Positions 37,784 to 47,676 are shown, counted from the stretch's first letter. The stretch: 64,000 bases of DNA from Candidatus Nanopelagicales bacterium (GCA_036796575.1 DAIRCR010000002.1:247122-311121), one strand, 5' to 3'. The notes: generated by a model from the letters alone, not told the origin. Program-made: numbers and translations.

Positions 37784-38908
37784 ATGGGCATCGTCTGGGA
37801 TATCAACGTTGAACGCCCAGAATTTCCGCCACTCAAAACCAACCTTGAAGCTGACCTAGTTGTAGTTGGACTGGGTGGCTCTGGATTGACTGCACTATTA
37901 CATGCAGCCCAGCGTGGCTTAACGGTCATCGGGATTGATTCGGATCGCATTGCTGCTGGTGCTGCTGGTCGTAATGGTGGCTTGTTATTAGCTGGCATTG
38001 CAGATTTTCACCACAACATTCGAAGAGATTTTGGCATTGAGCGGGCAATCGCGCTCTACCAACACACTTTGAATGAAATGGATCGCATCGAGGCAACTAC
38101 TCCTGAAGCTGTATCTCGAATTGGTGCCCTGCGAATTGGCGAGTTGCATCGCGGCGATGATCCAGCCGAACTTGGTGATACCTATGAACATCGCGATGCC
38201 TTAATTGCGGATGGCTTTCCAGTTGAGGATTACGAAGGTGAACAAGGTGTTGGGATCTTGATCCCAACAGATGGAACTTTTCAGCCTGCTAAGCGCGCTG
38301 TGTTATTAGCAAAACTTGCTCAATCGGCTGGCGCTCAAATCTTCACACATTCACCTGCAATCAAGATTGAATCCGGACTAGTAACAACTGCCCAAGGCAG
38401 CATTAAGGCAAAGCACATCATCGTTGCAGTTGATGGCAACTTAGGTAAAGCGCTGCCGGAAGTATCTGAACTAGTACAGCCAACTCGCTTACAAATGATT
38501 TCGACAGCGCCAGAAACCAAACTGAAAATGAAATACGCAGTTTATGTCCGGCAAGGTTGGGACTACTGGCAACAGCTTCCAGATGGCCGGATTGCCATTG
38601 GCGGCGGTCGTGACTTGGCTTTGGAGCAAGAAGCAACTGATGTGGTTGAACCGACTCAGATTATGCGAGATTATCTGGAGCGCAAACTTCAGGACATTGG
38701 TGTGACCGCACCCGTTGAACATCACTGGGCTGCAATCGTCAGCTACACCGATTCTGGATTGCCAATTGTGAAAGAAGTGCAGCCTGGCGTTTGGGCAGTT
38801 GGCGCTTATTGCGGAACTGGAAATGTGGTTGGCGCACTCTTGGCTCGCAGCGCAGTTGATCATTGCATTGATGGACACAGCCAAGTGATTACGGACTTTG
38901 CGAGTTAG
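37784..38908 (+). CDS. FAD-dependent oxidoreductase (DAO / glycine-D-amino-acid oxidase-like family)
   Basis: N-terminal Rossmann motif DLVVVGLGGSGLTA and GRNGG are present. 374 aa. Confidence 0.82.
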   Translation: MGIVWDINVERPEFPPLKTNLEADLVVVGLGGSGLTALLHAAQRGLTVIGIDSDRIAAGAAGRNGGLLLAGIADFHHNIRRDFGIERAIALYQHTLNEMDRIEATTPEAVSRIGALRIGELHRGDDPAELGDTYEHRDALIADGFPVEDYEGEQGVGILIPTDGTFQPAKRAVLLAKLAQSAGAQIFTHSPAIKIESGLVTTAQGSIKAKHIIVAVDGNLGKALPEVSELVQPTRLQMISTAPETKLKMKYAVYVRQGWDYWQQLPDGRIAIGGGRDLALEQEATDVVEPTQIMRDYLERKLQDIGVTAPVEHHWAAIVSYTDSGLPIVKEVQPGVWAVGAYCGTGNVVGALLARSAVDHCIDGHSQVITDFAS

Positions 38909-38912
38909 CCAC

Positions 38913-39794
38913 ATGACTACTGAACTATTGCCAGCCGAAGTTTGGCACGAATTACGTGAAGATCATCAGGCAAAAGTGGTGCCTTGGATTACGCCCCGTT
39001 TGGAACGACGCTCTCGACATGAAAGCCATCCAGTCGATGACTTCTTATTTGAGTACTACCCAATCAGCACAAACAAGTTATTGAATTGGCATCCTGGATT
39101 TGGAACTTCTCTAGAAGCAACTGAAATTGAATCCGAAGACTTTCCATCTGGAAGCTATGAATTCATCGATAACAAAATCCAAATTCGCAGTGAGTGGTTA
39201 ATCAAGCATCAAGAAGCCGCAATTAGCTTGATTGACTTCCTGACAAAAACTCAAGAACGTTCAATTCGTTCAGGTTGTTTTGGTTTGCATGAATGGGCCA
39301 TGGTTCTTGGCACTGAAGATGTCAGACACGAGAAATGGCCACTGCGACTGAGCCAAGAAAAGATTCGTGCAACTATCGATGAAGTTGGACTACGCTGCAC
39401 TCATTTTGATGCATTCCGCTTTTTCACTCCAATTGCTGCGCCGCTAAATCCCTTGCAATTAACTCCCGTTGATCGAAATGAAGTCGAGCAACCTGGCTGC
39501 CTGCACGCCAATATGGATTTGTACAAGTATGCGCAACGGTTTGCCCCAATCGTTGGCTCAGGGATTGTTCGGAGTGCTTTTACGTTAGCTAAAGACATCA
39601 GAACCGTAGACATGCAAACTGCTCCATATGATTTAGCTGACCTTGGTGTGGTTCCAATTCCAGTTGAAACTCAAGCTGGCCGGGATAAGTTTGCCGAACT
39701 GCAACTGGGATTTGCGCAGCGTGCACAAAACTTGCGAACTGAATTGATCACAGCCTTGAAAACTGCGTGTGTATCCGCAGAAATCAAGGGATAA
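38913..39794 (+). CDS. conserved actinobacterial protein of unclear function (I recall homologs being database-labelled '3-methyladenine DNA glycosylase'; unverified)
   Basis: Conserved blocks FEYYP, CFGLHEWAMV, HFDAFRFFTP and GCLHANMDLYKY are present. I chose the ATG at 38913, 4 nt after the upstream stop. Confidence 0.6.
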   Translation: MTTELLPAEVWHELREDHQAKVVPWITPRLERRSRHESHPVDDFLFEYYPISTNKLLNWHPGFGTSLEATEIESEDFPSGSYEFIDNKIQIRSEWLIKHQEAAISLIDFLTKTQERSIRSGCFGLHEWAMVLGTEDVRHEKWPLRLSQEKIRATIDEVGLRCTHFDAFRFFTPIAAPLNPLQLTPVDRNEVEQPGCLHANMDLYKYAQRFAPIVGSGIVRSAFTLAKDIRTVDMQTAPYDLADLGVVPIPVETQAGRDKFAELQLGFAQRAQNLRTELITALKTACVSAEIKG

Positions 39795-39828
39795 ATTCAC
39801 ATATTTCAATCACGGTAAGATTCAAGTT

Positions 39829-41055
39829 ATGTCACGTCGCAGAGTTGATCCCCAGCCACCAACTGAAAAGGTATCTAAATCTGGAAATAGTAGACATCGT
39901 GGCCGCAGAGCAGCCAAATCAGCCGCAGTAGCAACTATCACGGTCGATCGGCCACATGGCTTGGCAGTTTTAAGCAACTCAGACCGCAGACTCTTGGCAA
40001 TCGTTGTAGGCGTTTCAATCGCCGCTGGAATTCTAAACAACACAAATGGAAATCCGGTTTTATCTTTCTTGGCTTCAGCAATTGCCTTGGGTGCGATAGC
40101 TCGATTGGTAGTGCGAAGTGTTGAGGCGATAAGCGATCGAATTGGTCGTGGCTTAAACGGTCTGTTGCAATCATTGCTGGGTAACCTTCCTGAGATTTTT
40201 GTAATTCTGTTCGCGCTTAAAGCTGGTCTTTACGAAATTGTTAAGGCCACCATTGTTGGATCTGTAATTGCCAACATTTTGCTAGTTATGGGTATCGCTT
40301 TTGTAGTTGGTGGACGCAAGTATGGTCGTCAGTCCTTCAACGTAGTTTCTGCTCGCCAGTTAAGTATGTTGCTGGCGCTATCAGTCTTTGCACTTGCAAT
40401 TCCATCACTTGTAGCATCCTTTGATACCCCAGCAGTTATGTATGAGCGCGAAATCACTGTCGTAATATCATTGCTGTTAATTGTTTTGTTTTTAGCTTCA
40501 ATTCCAGACACAATACGTCACGCCAATCACGAATCGCCCGTAACTGGAACCAATGAGGCGCTCGTTGCTGCCCGAGAAGTTGATGAGCACGGACAATGGA
40601 CGATTAACATTTCAATCTTTATGGTTTTGGTTGCCCTCGTTGGCTCGATTGTAGTTTCCAGCTGGTTCGTCGATGTTCTGCCAACAGCAATGTCAACGCT
40701 GGGGATCTCAGAAGCTTTTGCCGGCTTAATAATTGTTGCGCTAGCAAGTAATGTGGTCGAAGCGTTCTCCGGAATTCAATTGGCAGCTCGCGATCAACAA
40801 AGTTACGCCTTACAAATCATTCTGCAATCACCCGTGCAAGTTGCCATGATCGTCGCGCCACTGATTGCACTTGCAGCACCACTTGTAGGTGCAGCCACAT
40901 TTACTTTGGTTTTGTCACCGCTATTGCTCGCTGTCATGTTCATGGCTGTCTTTATCGCAATCGTTGTTGTTTCCGATGGTCAATCAACTTGGTTTGAAGG
41001 CGCTGCCTTGATCACTTTGTATCTAGGTATTGCCACTGCTTTCTGGTGGGGTTAA
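39829..41055 (+). CDS. Ca2+/H+ (cation/proton) antiporter, CaCA/ChaA family
   Basis: Polytopic, with two alpha-repeat motifs (GNLPEIF and SNVVEAF). I chose the ATG at 39829; the track ORF start at 39769 overlaps the upstream gene. Confidence 0.82.
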   Translation: MSRRRVDPQPPTEKVSKSGNSRHRGRRAAKSAAVATITVDRPHGLAVLSNSDRRLLAIVVGVSIAAGILNNTNGNPVLSFLASAIALGAIARLVVRSVEAISDRIGRGLNGLLQSLLGNLPEIFVILFALKAGLYEIVKATIVGSVIANILLVMGIAFVVGGRKYGRQSFNVVSARQLSMLLALSVFALAIPSLVASFDTPAVMYEREITVVISLLLIVLFLASIPDTIRHANHESPVTGTNEALVAAREVDEHGQWTINISIFMVLVALVGSIVVSSWFVDVLPTAMSTLGISEAFAGLIIVALASNVVEAFSGIQLAARDQQSYALQIILQSPVQVAMIVAPLIALAAPLVGAATFTLVLSPLLLAVMFMAVFIAIVVVSDGQSTWFEGAALITLYLGIATAFWWG

Positions 41056-41073
41056 ATCCATGCAGTCCATTCG

Positions 41074-42036
41074 GTGGCACTCATGATTACCAATGACATC
41101 GATCAAGCTGTCACTGCACTTACTGCTGGAAAGTTATGTGCAATTCCAACTGAGACGGTTTATGGCTTGGCTGCAAACGCATTGAATGAAACAGCGGTTG
41201 CCCGAGTGTTTGCAGCCAAAGAACGTCCTGCGGATCATCCACTGATTGTTCACGTTGCAACTGCTTCGGACGCAACGGAATGGATAACTGAGTTGCCGAA
41301 GTGGGCAACTGATTTAACAAATTCCGTTTGGCCTGGACCGTTAACGATCGTCGGTCCTCGCACTGCACTTGCTAGTAACTCGGTAACTGGTAACCAAGAC
41401 ACCGTTGCAGTTCGGGTGCCAAGTCACCCAATCGCACAAGAACTGCTCAATCAACTAAAGGCTCAAGGTGTTAAAGGCTTAGTTGCACCCAGTGCCAACC
41501 GATTCGGTCACGTCTCACCAACTAGCGCAGCGCATGTGTCCGCTGACTTAGGTGAATATCTAAGTGCCCACGGAGATTTGATATTGGACGGTGGCAATTG
41601 CCAAGTCGGAGTGGAATCCACCATCGTGTTAGCAACTGGGTCCCAGCCCGTTATCTTGCGCCCAGGTGCAGTAACTGCTGCTGACATTAAGCGAATCACG
41701 GGCGTTGAAGTTTCTGAAGAAACTACAAATGCACCTCGAGTAAGTGGTGCTTTAGATTCCCACTACTCCCCGACTGCTCAGGTAGTTTTGATTACTAATG
41801 GTTCTGAAACTGAATTTGATAGTAATTCTGGATTCTTGGCACTGGCACAAAATCCAACACCTACTGGTTTAGTTCGGCTAGCGTCACCTAAAACCGTTGA
41901 AGACTTTGCTCATGAGCTTTATAGTTCCCTGCGAGCTGGCGATGACTTAGATCTCAAAACCATTTATGTTGTGCCACCGACTGGTGACGGGATAGCGCAA
42001 GCAATCAATGATCGATTGCAACGCGCAGCTTTTTAG
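41074..42036 (+). CDS. L-threonylcarbamoyladenylate synthase (Sua5/YwlC long form)
   Basis: PTETVYGLAANA and APSANRFGHVSPT motifs are present, with a C-terminal Sua5 domain. 320 aa. Confidence 0.9.
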   Translation: MALMITNDIDQAVTALTAGKLCAIPTETVYGLAANALNETAVARVFAAKERPADHPLIVHVATASDATEWITELPKWATDLTNSVWPGPLTIVGPRTALASNSVTGNQDTVAVRVPSHPIAQELLNQLKAQGVKGLVAPSANRFGHVSPTSAAHVSADLGEYLSAHGDLILDGGNCQVGVESTIVLATGSQPVILRPGAVTAADIKRITGVEVSEETTNAPRVSGALDSHYSPTAQVVLITNGSETEFDSNSGFLALAQNPTPTGLVRLASPKTVEDFAHELYSSLRAGDDLDLKTIYVVPPTGDGIAQAINDRLQRAAF

Positions 42037-42050
42037 CCAACAGTTTCTAG

Positions 42051-43328
42051 TTAGCGAACTACCAGTTCACCAATTGCGTGAATCACAATTCCGGCCAATG
42101 CCCCAACAATTGTGCCGTTAACGCGGATGAACTGTAGATCGCGACCAACTTGAAGTTCGATCTTCTTGGCAGTGTCTCCGGCATCCCAGCGGGCCACAGT
42201 GTCACTAATTACAGCAGCGATTTCGTCCCGGTACCTATCAACTAAATGAGTGGTGGCATTTTCTAGCGCGGTATCAATAGTTTCTTGCAATTGCTGATCG
42301 AGCGAAACCTTTGTTCCAAAATTTGCAATCAAAGTCGTAACTCGAGTGCGCAATTCACTATCTGGATTTGCGGCCTCTTGGCGCAAAGTCTTTTTGGTCG
42401 AGATCCAAATGTCAGAAATTGTGTGACGAACTTCTGGCCGATCAACAAGTCGCATCTTGGCCGCATTGACGCGCTCAATAATTACCGGGTCAGATTGCAA
42501 TTGATCTGCAAATCGATGCAATAGTCGCTCAATCGAATGTCGAATCGGGTGATCGTAATCTTCTTGAACTTCTTTACTTAGTTCAATCAAGCGCTCGTAA
42601 AGCCATTCACCAGCTTTATCTTTACCGAGTCCTGGTAACCATTTCGGTAATTGCTTATCGATCCAACCCTTTGCGCGAGCTGGATCATTTTCTAGCCAGT
42701 CTTGGATGGCCTTAGCCAACATGTCCACGATTGGAGTGTGGGCATCATTTTCCACGGCCTTAACTAAGAAGATTCCCAGTGGCTTTGCAATGTCAAAGTT
42801 TTCGGCCGTCCTACGAAATGATTCTTCGATGACTTCGGCAATGTCTTCATCATCCCCAAGGGATGTTGCCCAGGCAACTACGCCAGAGAGTTCATCGGTA
42901 ACTTGCTTGGCATTTTGCGGATTACTCAGCCAGCCACCTAATCGGTTTGCGATGTCTGCAGATTGCAGTTTGCTACGGACCACTTCTTCAGATAAGAAAT
43001 TATCGCCAACGAATTCGCCCAGGCTGGCACCGATTGCATCTTTGCGAGTTGGAATGATCGCAGTGTGCGGAATCGGTAGGCCAAGTGGTCTGCGAAACAG
43101 TGCCGTGACTGCAAACCAGTCGGCTAAGCCACCGATCATTCCAGCTTCAGCAGCGGCTCGCACGTAACTGACCCATTCGGCTGCACCTGCGGCTTCAGCT
43201 CGTTTTGCAAAAACATAAATGACAGCAGAGGCAAGTAAGAGTCCAGTTGCAAAAGATTTCATGCGGCGCAATTGCTTGCGCTTTATCCGATCACTTGCGC
43301 GCGTGGTGATGCGAAGTGGTTGACTCAT
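42051..43328 (-). CDS. DUF445-family membrane-associated protein
   Basis: 425 aa with an N-terminal TM, a long helical region and a C-terminal hydrophobic segment (VNGTIVGALAGIVIHAIGE) typical of DUF445. Confidence 0.7.
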   Translation of the reverse strand: MSQPLRITTRASDRIKRKQLRRMKSFATGLLLASAVIYVFAKRAEAAGAAEWVSYVRAAAEAGMIGGLADWFAVTALFRRPLGLPIPHTAIIPTRKDAIGASLGEFVGDNFLSEEVVRSKLQSADIANRLGGWLSNPQNAKQVTDELSGVVAWATSLGDDEDIAEVIEESFRRTAENFDIAKPLGIFLVKAVENDAHTPIVDMLAKAIQDWLENDPARAKGWIDKQLPKWLPGLGKDKAGEWLYERLIELSKEVQEDYDHPIRHSIERLLHRFADQLQSDPVIIERVNAAKMRLVDRPEVRHTISDIWISTKKTLRQEAANPDSELRTRVTTLIANFGTKVSLDQQLQETIDTALENATTHLVDRYRDEIAAVISDTVARWDAGDTAKKIELQVGRDLQFIRVNGTIVGALAGIVIHAIGELVVR

Positions 43329-43822
43329 GCCTTAATCGTAGGCGTATGGTCTACGCCAGCAATCTGGTCATGAATATGTCCGGCCAGACGCTCGATGATG
43401 ACAAGTCCGTCCTTCACGCCGCCTGGTGAGCCTGGCAGGTTAATGATTAATGATGATCCAGTAACGCCAGCTAGGCCACGAGATAGATCAGTTGTTGGCA
43501 CGCGATCTCTGGAGTAAGCGCGAAATGCTTCTGGGATTCCGGGAAGTAGTTTTTTGATTAGCGGCGCAGTTGCTTCTGGTGTCACGTCATGCGGCGAAAC
43601 TCCAGTACCACCTGTTGTGACGATTAGATCAACATTGCCAGCAAGGGAAAGTTCGATCGCAGCTTGAATCTGTGAAATGTTATCTGGAATCACAATCGGA
43701 TCTTTAAGTTCGTATCCAAGTTTGGTTAAACCTGCAGCCAGGATTTCACCACTGGTGTCGGCATACACGCCAGCACTGGCGCGATTGCTCGCGGTGATAA
43801 CTACTGCAGTGCGAACAGCCAT
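43325..43822 (-). CDS. MogA/MoaB family molybdopterin adenylyltransferase-like protein
   Basis: 165 aa with VVITASNRASAG, the TTGGTG motif and INLPGSPGG. It overlaps the downstream gene by 4 nt. Confidence 0.88.
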   Translation of the reverse strand: MAVRTAVVITASNRASAGVYADTSGEILAAGLTKLGYELKDPIVIPDNISQIQAAIELSLAGNVDLIVTTGGTGVSPHDVTPEATAPLIKKLLPGIPEAFRAYSRDRVPTTDLSRGLAGVTGSSLIINLPGSPGGVKDGLVIIERLAGHIHDQIAGVDHTPTIKA

Positions 43823-44299
43823 TTAGCTTCGGTTCCATTCCCCATTACGACCACCGTCTTTGTGAGTCATTTTCACATCAGTAATTGTGGCACCTGGATC
43901 AATTGCTTTGACCATGTCAATAACTGTTAAGCCAGCAACAGCAACTGCAGTTAGGGCTTCCATCTCAACGCCGGTGCGATCGGCAGTCTTTACTGTGGCA
44001 GTGATGTCAACGCCTTCATCGACCACAACTAGTTCAACTGAAACTCCGTGAACTGCAATTGGGTGACATAGCGGGATCAAATCTGGAGTGCGTTTAGTTG
44101 CCATGATGCCAGCAATTCGAGCGGTAGCTAGCACGTCACCTTTTGGCACTGCGCCATCACGAAGGAGTGTGACGACCTGCTTGGAAAGCAGTACACGACC
44201 AACCGTTGTTGCCGTGCGGGTAGTAACTTCGCGATCGGCAACATCAACCATGTGGGCATTGCCAGATGCATCAAGGTGCGTTAAATCAGAGTTGCTCAT
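43823..44299 (-). CDS. moaC: cyclic pyranopterin monophosphate synthase
   Basis: LTHLDASGNAHMVDV at the N-terminus, with LIPLCHP and MEALTAVAVAGLTVIDMVKA motifs. I chose the ATG at 44299. Confidence 0.92.
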   Translation of the reverse strand: MSNSDLTHLDASGNAHMVDVADREVTTRTATTVGRVLLSKQVVTLLRDGAVPKGDVLATARIAGIMATKRTPDLIPLCHPIAVHGVSVELVVVDEGVDITATVKTADRTGVEMEALTAVAVAGLTVIDMVKAIDPGATITDVKMTHKDGGRNGEWNRS

Positions 44300-44437
44300 A
44301 ACTGGTAATCGTACGCGCAGTGTGGCCTGGGTCACGATTTAGTTGAGAATTCAACGAAATGTGGCAAGGTTCACACGGGATTTAAGGCTTTAGACACCTT
44401 TTCGTTAAGAGGCATTCATAAACGTCTGGGACAATTG

Positions 44438-44460
44438 AGATGTGGGAGACCCCCACATCT
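44438..44460 (+). promoter_or_regulatory. 5'-UTR stem-loop abutting the Shine-Dalgarno of the 64-aa ORF
   Basis: AGATGTGGG-AGACC-CCCACATCT forms a perfect 9-bp stem. It is followed immediately by GAAGGAG and then the ATG at 44477. Confidence 0.6.
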
Positions 44461-44476
44461 GAAGGAGAAAAACACC

Positions 44477-44671
44477 ATGAGTGTTCAAATGAATGAAACC
44501 GAATCCGTTGTTGGATTCCCTGCATTGGAATCAAACTATGCAGTCCTAATCAATAATGCTATTGGCGAGCACCGCAATGCTGATGTTAACTACATCGTCC
44601 GCTCGTACAACATGGAAAAGAACAACATCACACGTAAGAGCGTTATCGAACGCCTGCGCGACGCGTTCTAA
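44477..44671 (+). CDS. hypothetical small protein (64 aa)
   Basis: MSVQMNETESVVGFPALESNYAVLINNAIGEHRNADVNYIVRSYNMEKNNITRKSVIERLRDAF. A strong SD (GAAGGAG, 9-nt spacer) precedes it and a strong terminator follows. No family was recognised. Confidence 0.65.
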   Translation: MSVQMNETESVVGFPALESNYAVLINNAIGEHRNADVNYIVRSYNMEKNNITRKSVIERLRDAF

Positions 44672-44699
44672 TCCACTGCTTAAATTCAAATAGCAAACC

Positions 44700-44741
44700 A
44701 AAAGAGGACCGATGCCTAGGCATCGATCCTCTTTAGTTTTT
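44700..44741. terminator. bidirectional rho-independent terminator between convergent genes
   Basis: AAAGAGGACCGATGCC-TA-GGCATCGATCCTCTTT forms 16-bp arms with one mismatch. It is flanked by an A-run upstream and TTTTT downstream. It sits between the 64-aa ORF (+) and yceI (-). Confidence 0.8.
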
Positions 44742-44755
44742 GGGGAAGTAAGTGA

Positions 44756-45295
44756 TTACTGCTTAATTGCAGAGATGTCTAGCTGCAACTTGATGTTGTC
44801 GCTGACTAGGAAGCCACCAGTTTCTAGGGCTACGTTCCAAACTAAACCGTAATCTTTACGACTTAGTTCGCTGGTGCCTTCGAATCCTGCGCGTGCGTTG
44901 CCGTAGGGATCAGTTGCAGTTCCGGTTGGCTCAACAGCGATTTCGATGCTGTTTGTTACACCCTTGATCGTTAGGTTTCCAGTGACTACGAAGGTGTCGC
45001 CAGTTGCCTTGATCGCGGTTGATTCAAAAATCAGTTCGTTTGTGTTTTCAGTGTCGAAGAAGTCAGCACTCTTTAGGTGACCGTCACGATCGGCTGAGCC
45101 GGTATCGATTGAGTCAAGCTTCGCTGTGACTTTGGCAGAAGAAGATGCAGCATCTGCGCCAACAACGATGGTGCCTTCAAAATCTGCGAAGTGTCCGCGG
45201 ACCTTGGTGATTACTGCGTGACGGGTTTCAAAACCCAAGCGGGAATGTGATGGGTCAATAACCCAGGTTCCCGCGATTGAAGAAAGATCAGTCAT
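44756..45295 (-). CDS. YceI family (polyisoprenoid-binding-like) protein
   Basis: 179 aa. WVIDPSHSRLGFETRH...VRGHF and the overall lipocalin-like YceI pattern are present. SD AAGGAG. Confidence 0.88.
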   Translation of the reverse strand: MTDLSSIAGTWVIDPSHSRLGFETRHAVITKVRGHFADFEGTIVVGADAASSSAKVTAKLDSIDTGSADRDGHLKSADFFDTENTNELIFESTAIKATGDTFVVTGNLTIKGVTNSIEIAVEPTGTATDPYGNARAGFEGTSELSRKDYGLVWNVALETGGFLVSDNIKLQLDISAIKQ

Positions 45296-45309
45296 AGCGA
45301 CTCCTTAAT

Positions 45310-45346
45310 AGTTGAAAATTGAACTAATTTAGTTTAACTTTCAACT
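45310..45346. repeat. 37-nt AT-rich imperfect palindrome immediately upstream of the yceI Shine-Dalgarno
   Basis: AGTTGAAAATTGAACTAA-T-TTAGTTTAACTTTCAACT; 16 of 18 arm positions are complementary. It lies between the malic enzyme stop (45362) and the yceI SD (45301-45306). Confidence 0.8.
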
Positions 45347-45361
45347 ATGCCAAAAGTCAAG

Positions 45362-46747
45362 TTATGCCTTGCGAGCCACGTCCTCCACGGCTTTAGCCAC
45401 AGACTTAGCCACATTCGGATCAAAGACGCTTGGCACGATGTAGCTGGCGTTTAGTTGCTCTGGGGAAACACAGCCTGCAATGGCGTGCGCTGCTGCTAAC
45501 AAAGTCTCGGTCGTGATCTTGGATGACGCGGCATCCAACAAGCCACGGAAGATTCCTGGGAATGCCAAAACGTTGTTGATCTGGTTTGGATAATCACTTC
45601 GTCCAGTTGCCACAATCTTTGCGTGCTTGGCGGCAACCACTGGATCAATTTCTGGATCTGGATTGGCCATGGCAAACACAATTGAGTCTTTAGCCATCGA
45701 AGCCACGTCGGTTTCAGTCAAAATGTTTGGCGCACTAACACCAATGAATACGTCAGCACCAGCCAGGCCTTCGCCTAACTTGCCGGTGACGCCTGCTTTA
45801 TTGGTGTTTGCCATCATCCAAGCGCTGGTGGATTCACTGTTTGGACGATTCTTATAGATCGCGCCCTCGGTGTCATAAGCCGTAATGTTCTTCATGCCGG
45901 CTTCGTAAAGCAACTGGGCAACTGCAGTTCCTGCAGCGCCAGCGCCACTCATAACAATCTTCAAATCTTCTGGCTTCTTCTTTACGATCTTTAACGCGTT
46001 AGTTAGCGCTGCCAACACAACAATTGCAGTGCCATGTTGATCATCATGGAAAACTGGTATGTCTAGCAGTTCGCGCAGTCGGGCTTCGATTTCGAAGCAA
46101 CGCGGTGCCGATATGTCCTCCAGGTTGATGCCTCCATAAACCGGAGCCAAAATCTGAACCGTGCGAACGATTTCATCTACATCTTGGGTATCTAGGCAAA
46201 CTGGCCAAGCATCAACATCTGCGAATTGCTTGAAGAGCGCAGCTTTACCTTCCATAACTGGAAGCGCCGCGGCTGGACCAATGTTGCCAAGACCAAGAAC
46301 TGCAGAACCGTCCGTTACAACGGCGACAGTATTGCGCTTAATAGTTAGTCGACGCGCATCGCTTGGCTCATCATGAATTGCCATACAAATTCGTGCCACA
46401 CCTGGTGTGTAAGCACGAGAAAGATCATCGCGAGTACGTAGTGGGACTTTTGGCTTAACTTCTAACTTGCCACCAAGGTGAAGTAAGAATGTGCGATCAC
46501 TGACTTTGCGCACATTGGCGCCAACGATTCCAGCAATCGCAGCAGTCACGCGTTCAGCGTGATCGGGATCGGAAGTATCACAAGTAACGTCAACGACCAT
46601 GCGTTCGTGACTGGATTCAACTACGTCGAGTGCGGTTAGCGCGGCACCAGTATCAATAACTGCTTGCGCCAAGCTTGCAGTGGACGATGATTCGGGCGAT
46701 AACTCAACGCGCAATGTAATTGCATAACCCGGACTGTTGTTGGCCAT
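45362..46747 (-). CDS. NAD(P)-dependent malic enzyme with N-terminal ACT-like domain
   Basis: SRAYTPGVA, FHDDQHGTAIV and the Rossmann motif GAGAAG are present. 461 aa. Confidence 0.9.
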   Translation of the reverse strand: MANNSPGYAITLRVELSPESSSTASLAQAVIDTGAALTALDVVESSHERMVVDVTCDTSDPDHAERVTAAIAGIVGANVRKVSDRTFLLHLGGKLEVKPKVPLRTRDDLSRAYTPGVARICMAIHDEPSDARRLTIKRNTVAVVTDGSAVLGLGNIGPAAALPVMEGKAALFKQFADVDAWPVCLDTQDVDEIVRTVQILAPVYGGINLEDISAPRCFEIEARLRELLDIPVFHDDQHGTAIVVLAALTNALKIVKKKPEDLKIVMSGAGAAGTAVAQLLYEAGMKNITAYDTEGAIYKNRPNSESTSAWMMANTNKAGVTGKLGEGLAGADVFIGVSAPNILTETDVASMAKDSIVFAMANPDPEIDPVVAAKHAKIVATGRSDYPNQINNVLAFPGIFRGLLDAASSKITTETLLAAAHAIAGCVSPEQLNASYIVPSVFDPNVAKSVAKAVEDVARKA

Positions 46748-46878
46748 TAAACGTCTCTCCTTGGTGAACCTCTATTGTCCCATTTTCGACTACCTAGTAA
46801 CACCAGGTGCCTGGGTGCTTGATCACATTTAGCGCGGATTCAGGTTCACAGCGTTCAATTCACTGGCACGATGGTGCC

Positions 46879-47676
46879 ATGACACCTCCATTTAACCTTT
46901 CTGGATCCAAAGCATTAATCACTGGCGCTGGTTCGCCGACTGGCATTGGACTTGCCAGCGCGAAGTTGCTTTGCCAAATGGGTGCCAGCGTTTACATCAC
47001 GGGTGCAAGTGATCGCTTGAACGATCGAGTATCCGAATTGCAAGAGCAAGGTTTCAGCGTTGCAGGATGCGTTGCAGACTTAACGGAATTCTCCGCAGCT
47101 GAAACCGTAGTTTCAAATGCTTTGGCATTCCTTGGTGGATTAGACATCGTGGTAAACAACGCTGGCATGACAAGTGTCAATGCGCCAATGCAAGAAGTTG
47201 GTGAAGCTGGCGATGGCGCGTCGATGAGCGTTGACGGCTGGCATAACTCAATCGCGCGAAACCTAAACTCCGCGTTCTACATAACCAAGCTTTCACTTCC
47301 CCACCTGCGTGAATCATCCGCAGGTCGGGTAATCATGATGTCGAGTTTGACCGGGCCCGTTATGGCGATTCGCAATGACGTGGCTTACGGCGCAACTAAA
47401 GCTGGCATGGTTGGTTTAACCAAATCACTCGCAGTAGATGAAGCAAAGCATGGCGTAACTGCAAACGCAGTTGCCCCAGGCTGGATTCAAACCGCCTCAC
47501 AAAGCATTAGCGAAGGTCATGAAGGTGGCAGCACTCCGATGGGACGCTCCGCCACACCAGAAGAAGTGGCAGCAGTCGTTGGCTTCTTGGCCAGTCGCGA
47601 AGCCAGCTACATCACAGGCCAAGTAATCGTGATTGATGGTGGTAATTCGATTAGCGAACAGCGCACAAATCGTTAA
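46879..47676 (+). CDS. SDR family oxidoreductase (FabG-like)
   Basis: TGAGSPTGIG cofactor motif, NNAG and catalytic YGATKAG are present. I chose the ATG at 46879; the track ORF begins 24 codons earlier. Confidence 0.85.
   Translation: MTPPFNLSGSKALITGAGSPTGIGLASAKLLCQMGASVYITGASDRLNDRVSELQEQGFSVAGCVADLTEFSAAETVVSNALAFLGGLDIVVNNAGMTSVNAPMQEVGEAGDGASMSVDGWHNSIARNLNSAFYITKLSLPHLRESSAGRVIMMSSLTGPVMAIRNDVAYGATKAGMVGLTKSLAVDEAKHGVTANAVAPGWIQTASQSISEGHEGGSTPMGRSATPEEVAAVVGFLASREASYITGQVIVIDGGNSISEQRTNR

Noticed and set aside
37720-37998. Upstream two-thirds of the 152-aa minus-strand ORF 37540..37998
   Set aside because: It overlaps the well-supported FAD oxidoreductase gene on the opposite strand and has a Pro/Ala/Ser-rich shadow-ORF composition. 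Only the distal 59 codons were kept, as a low-confidence candidate.
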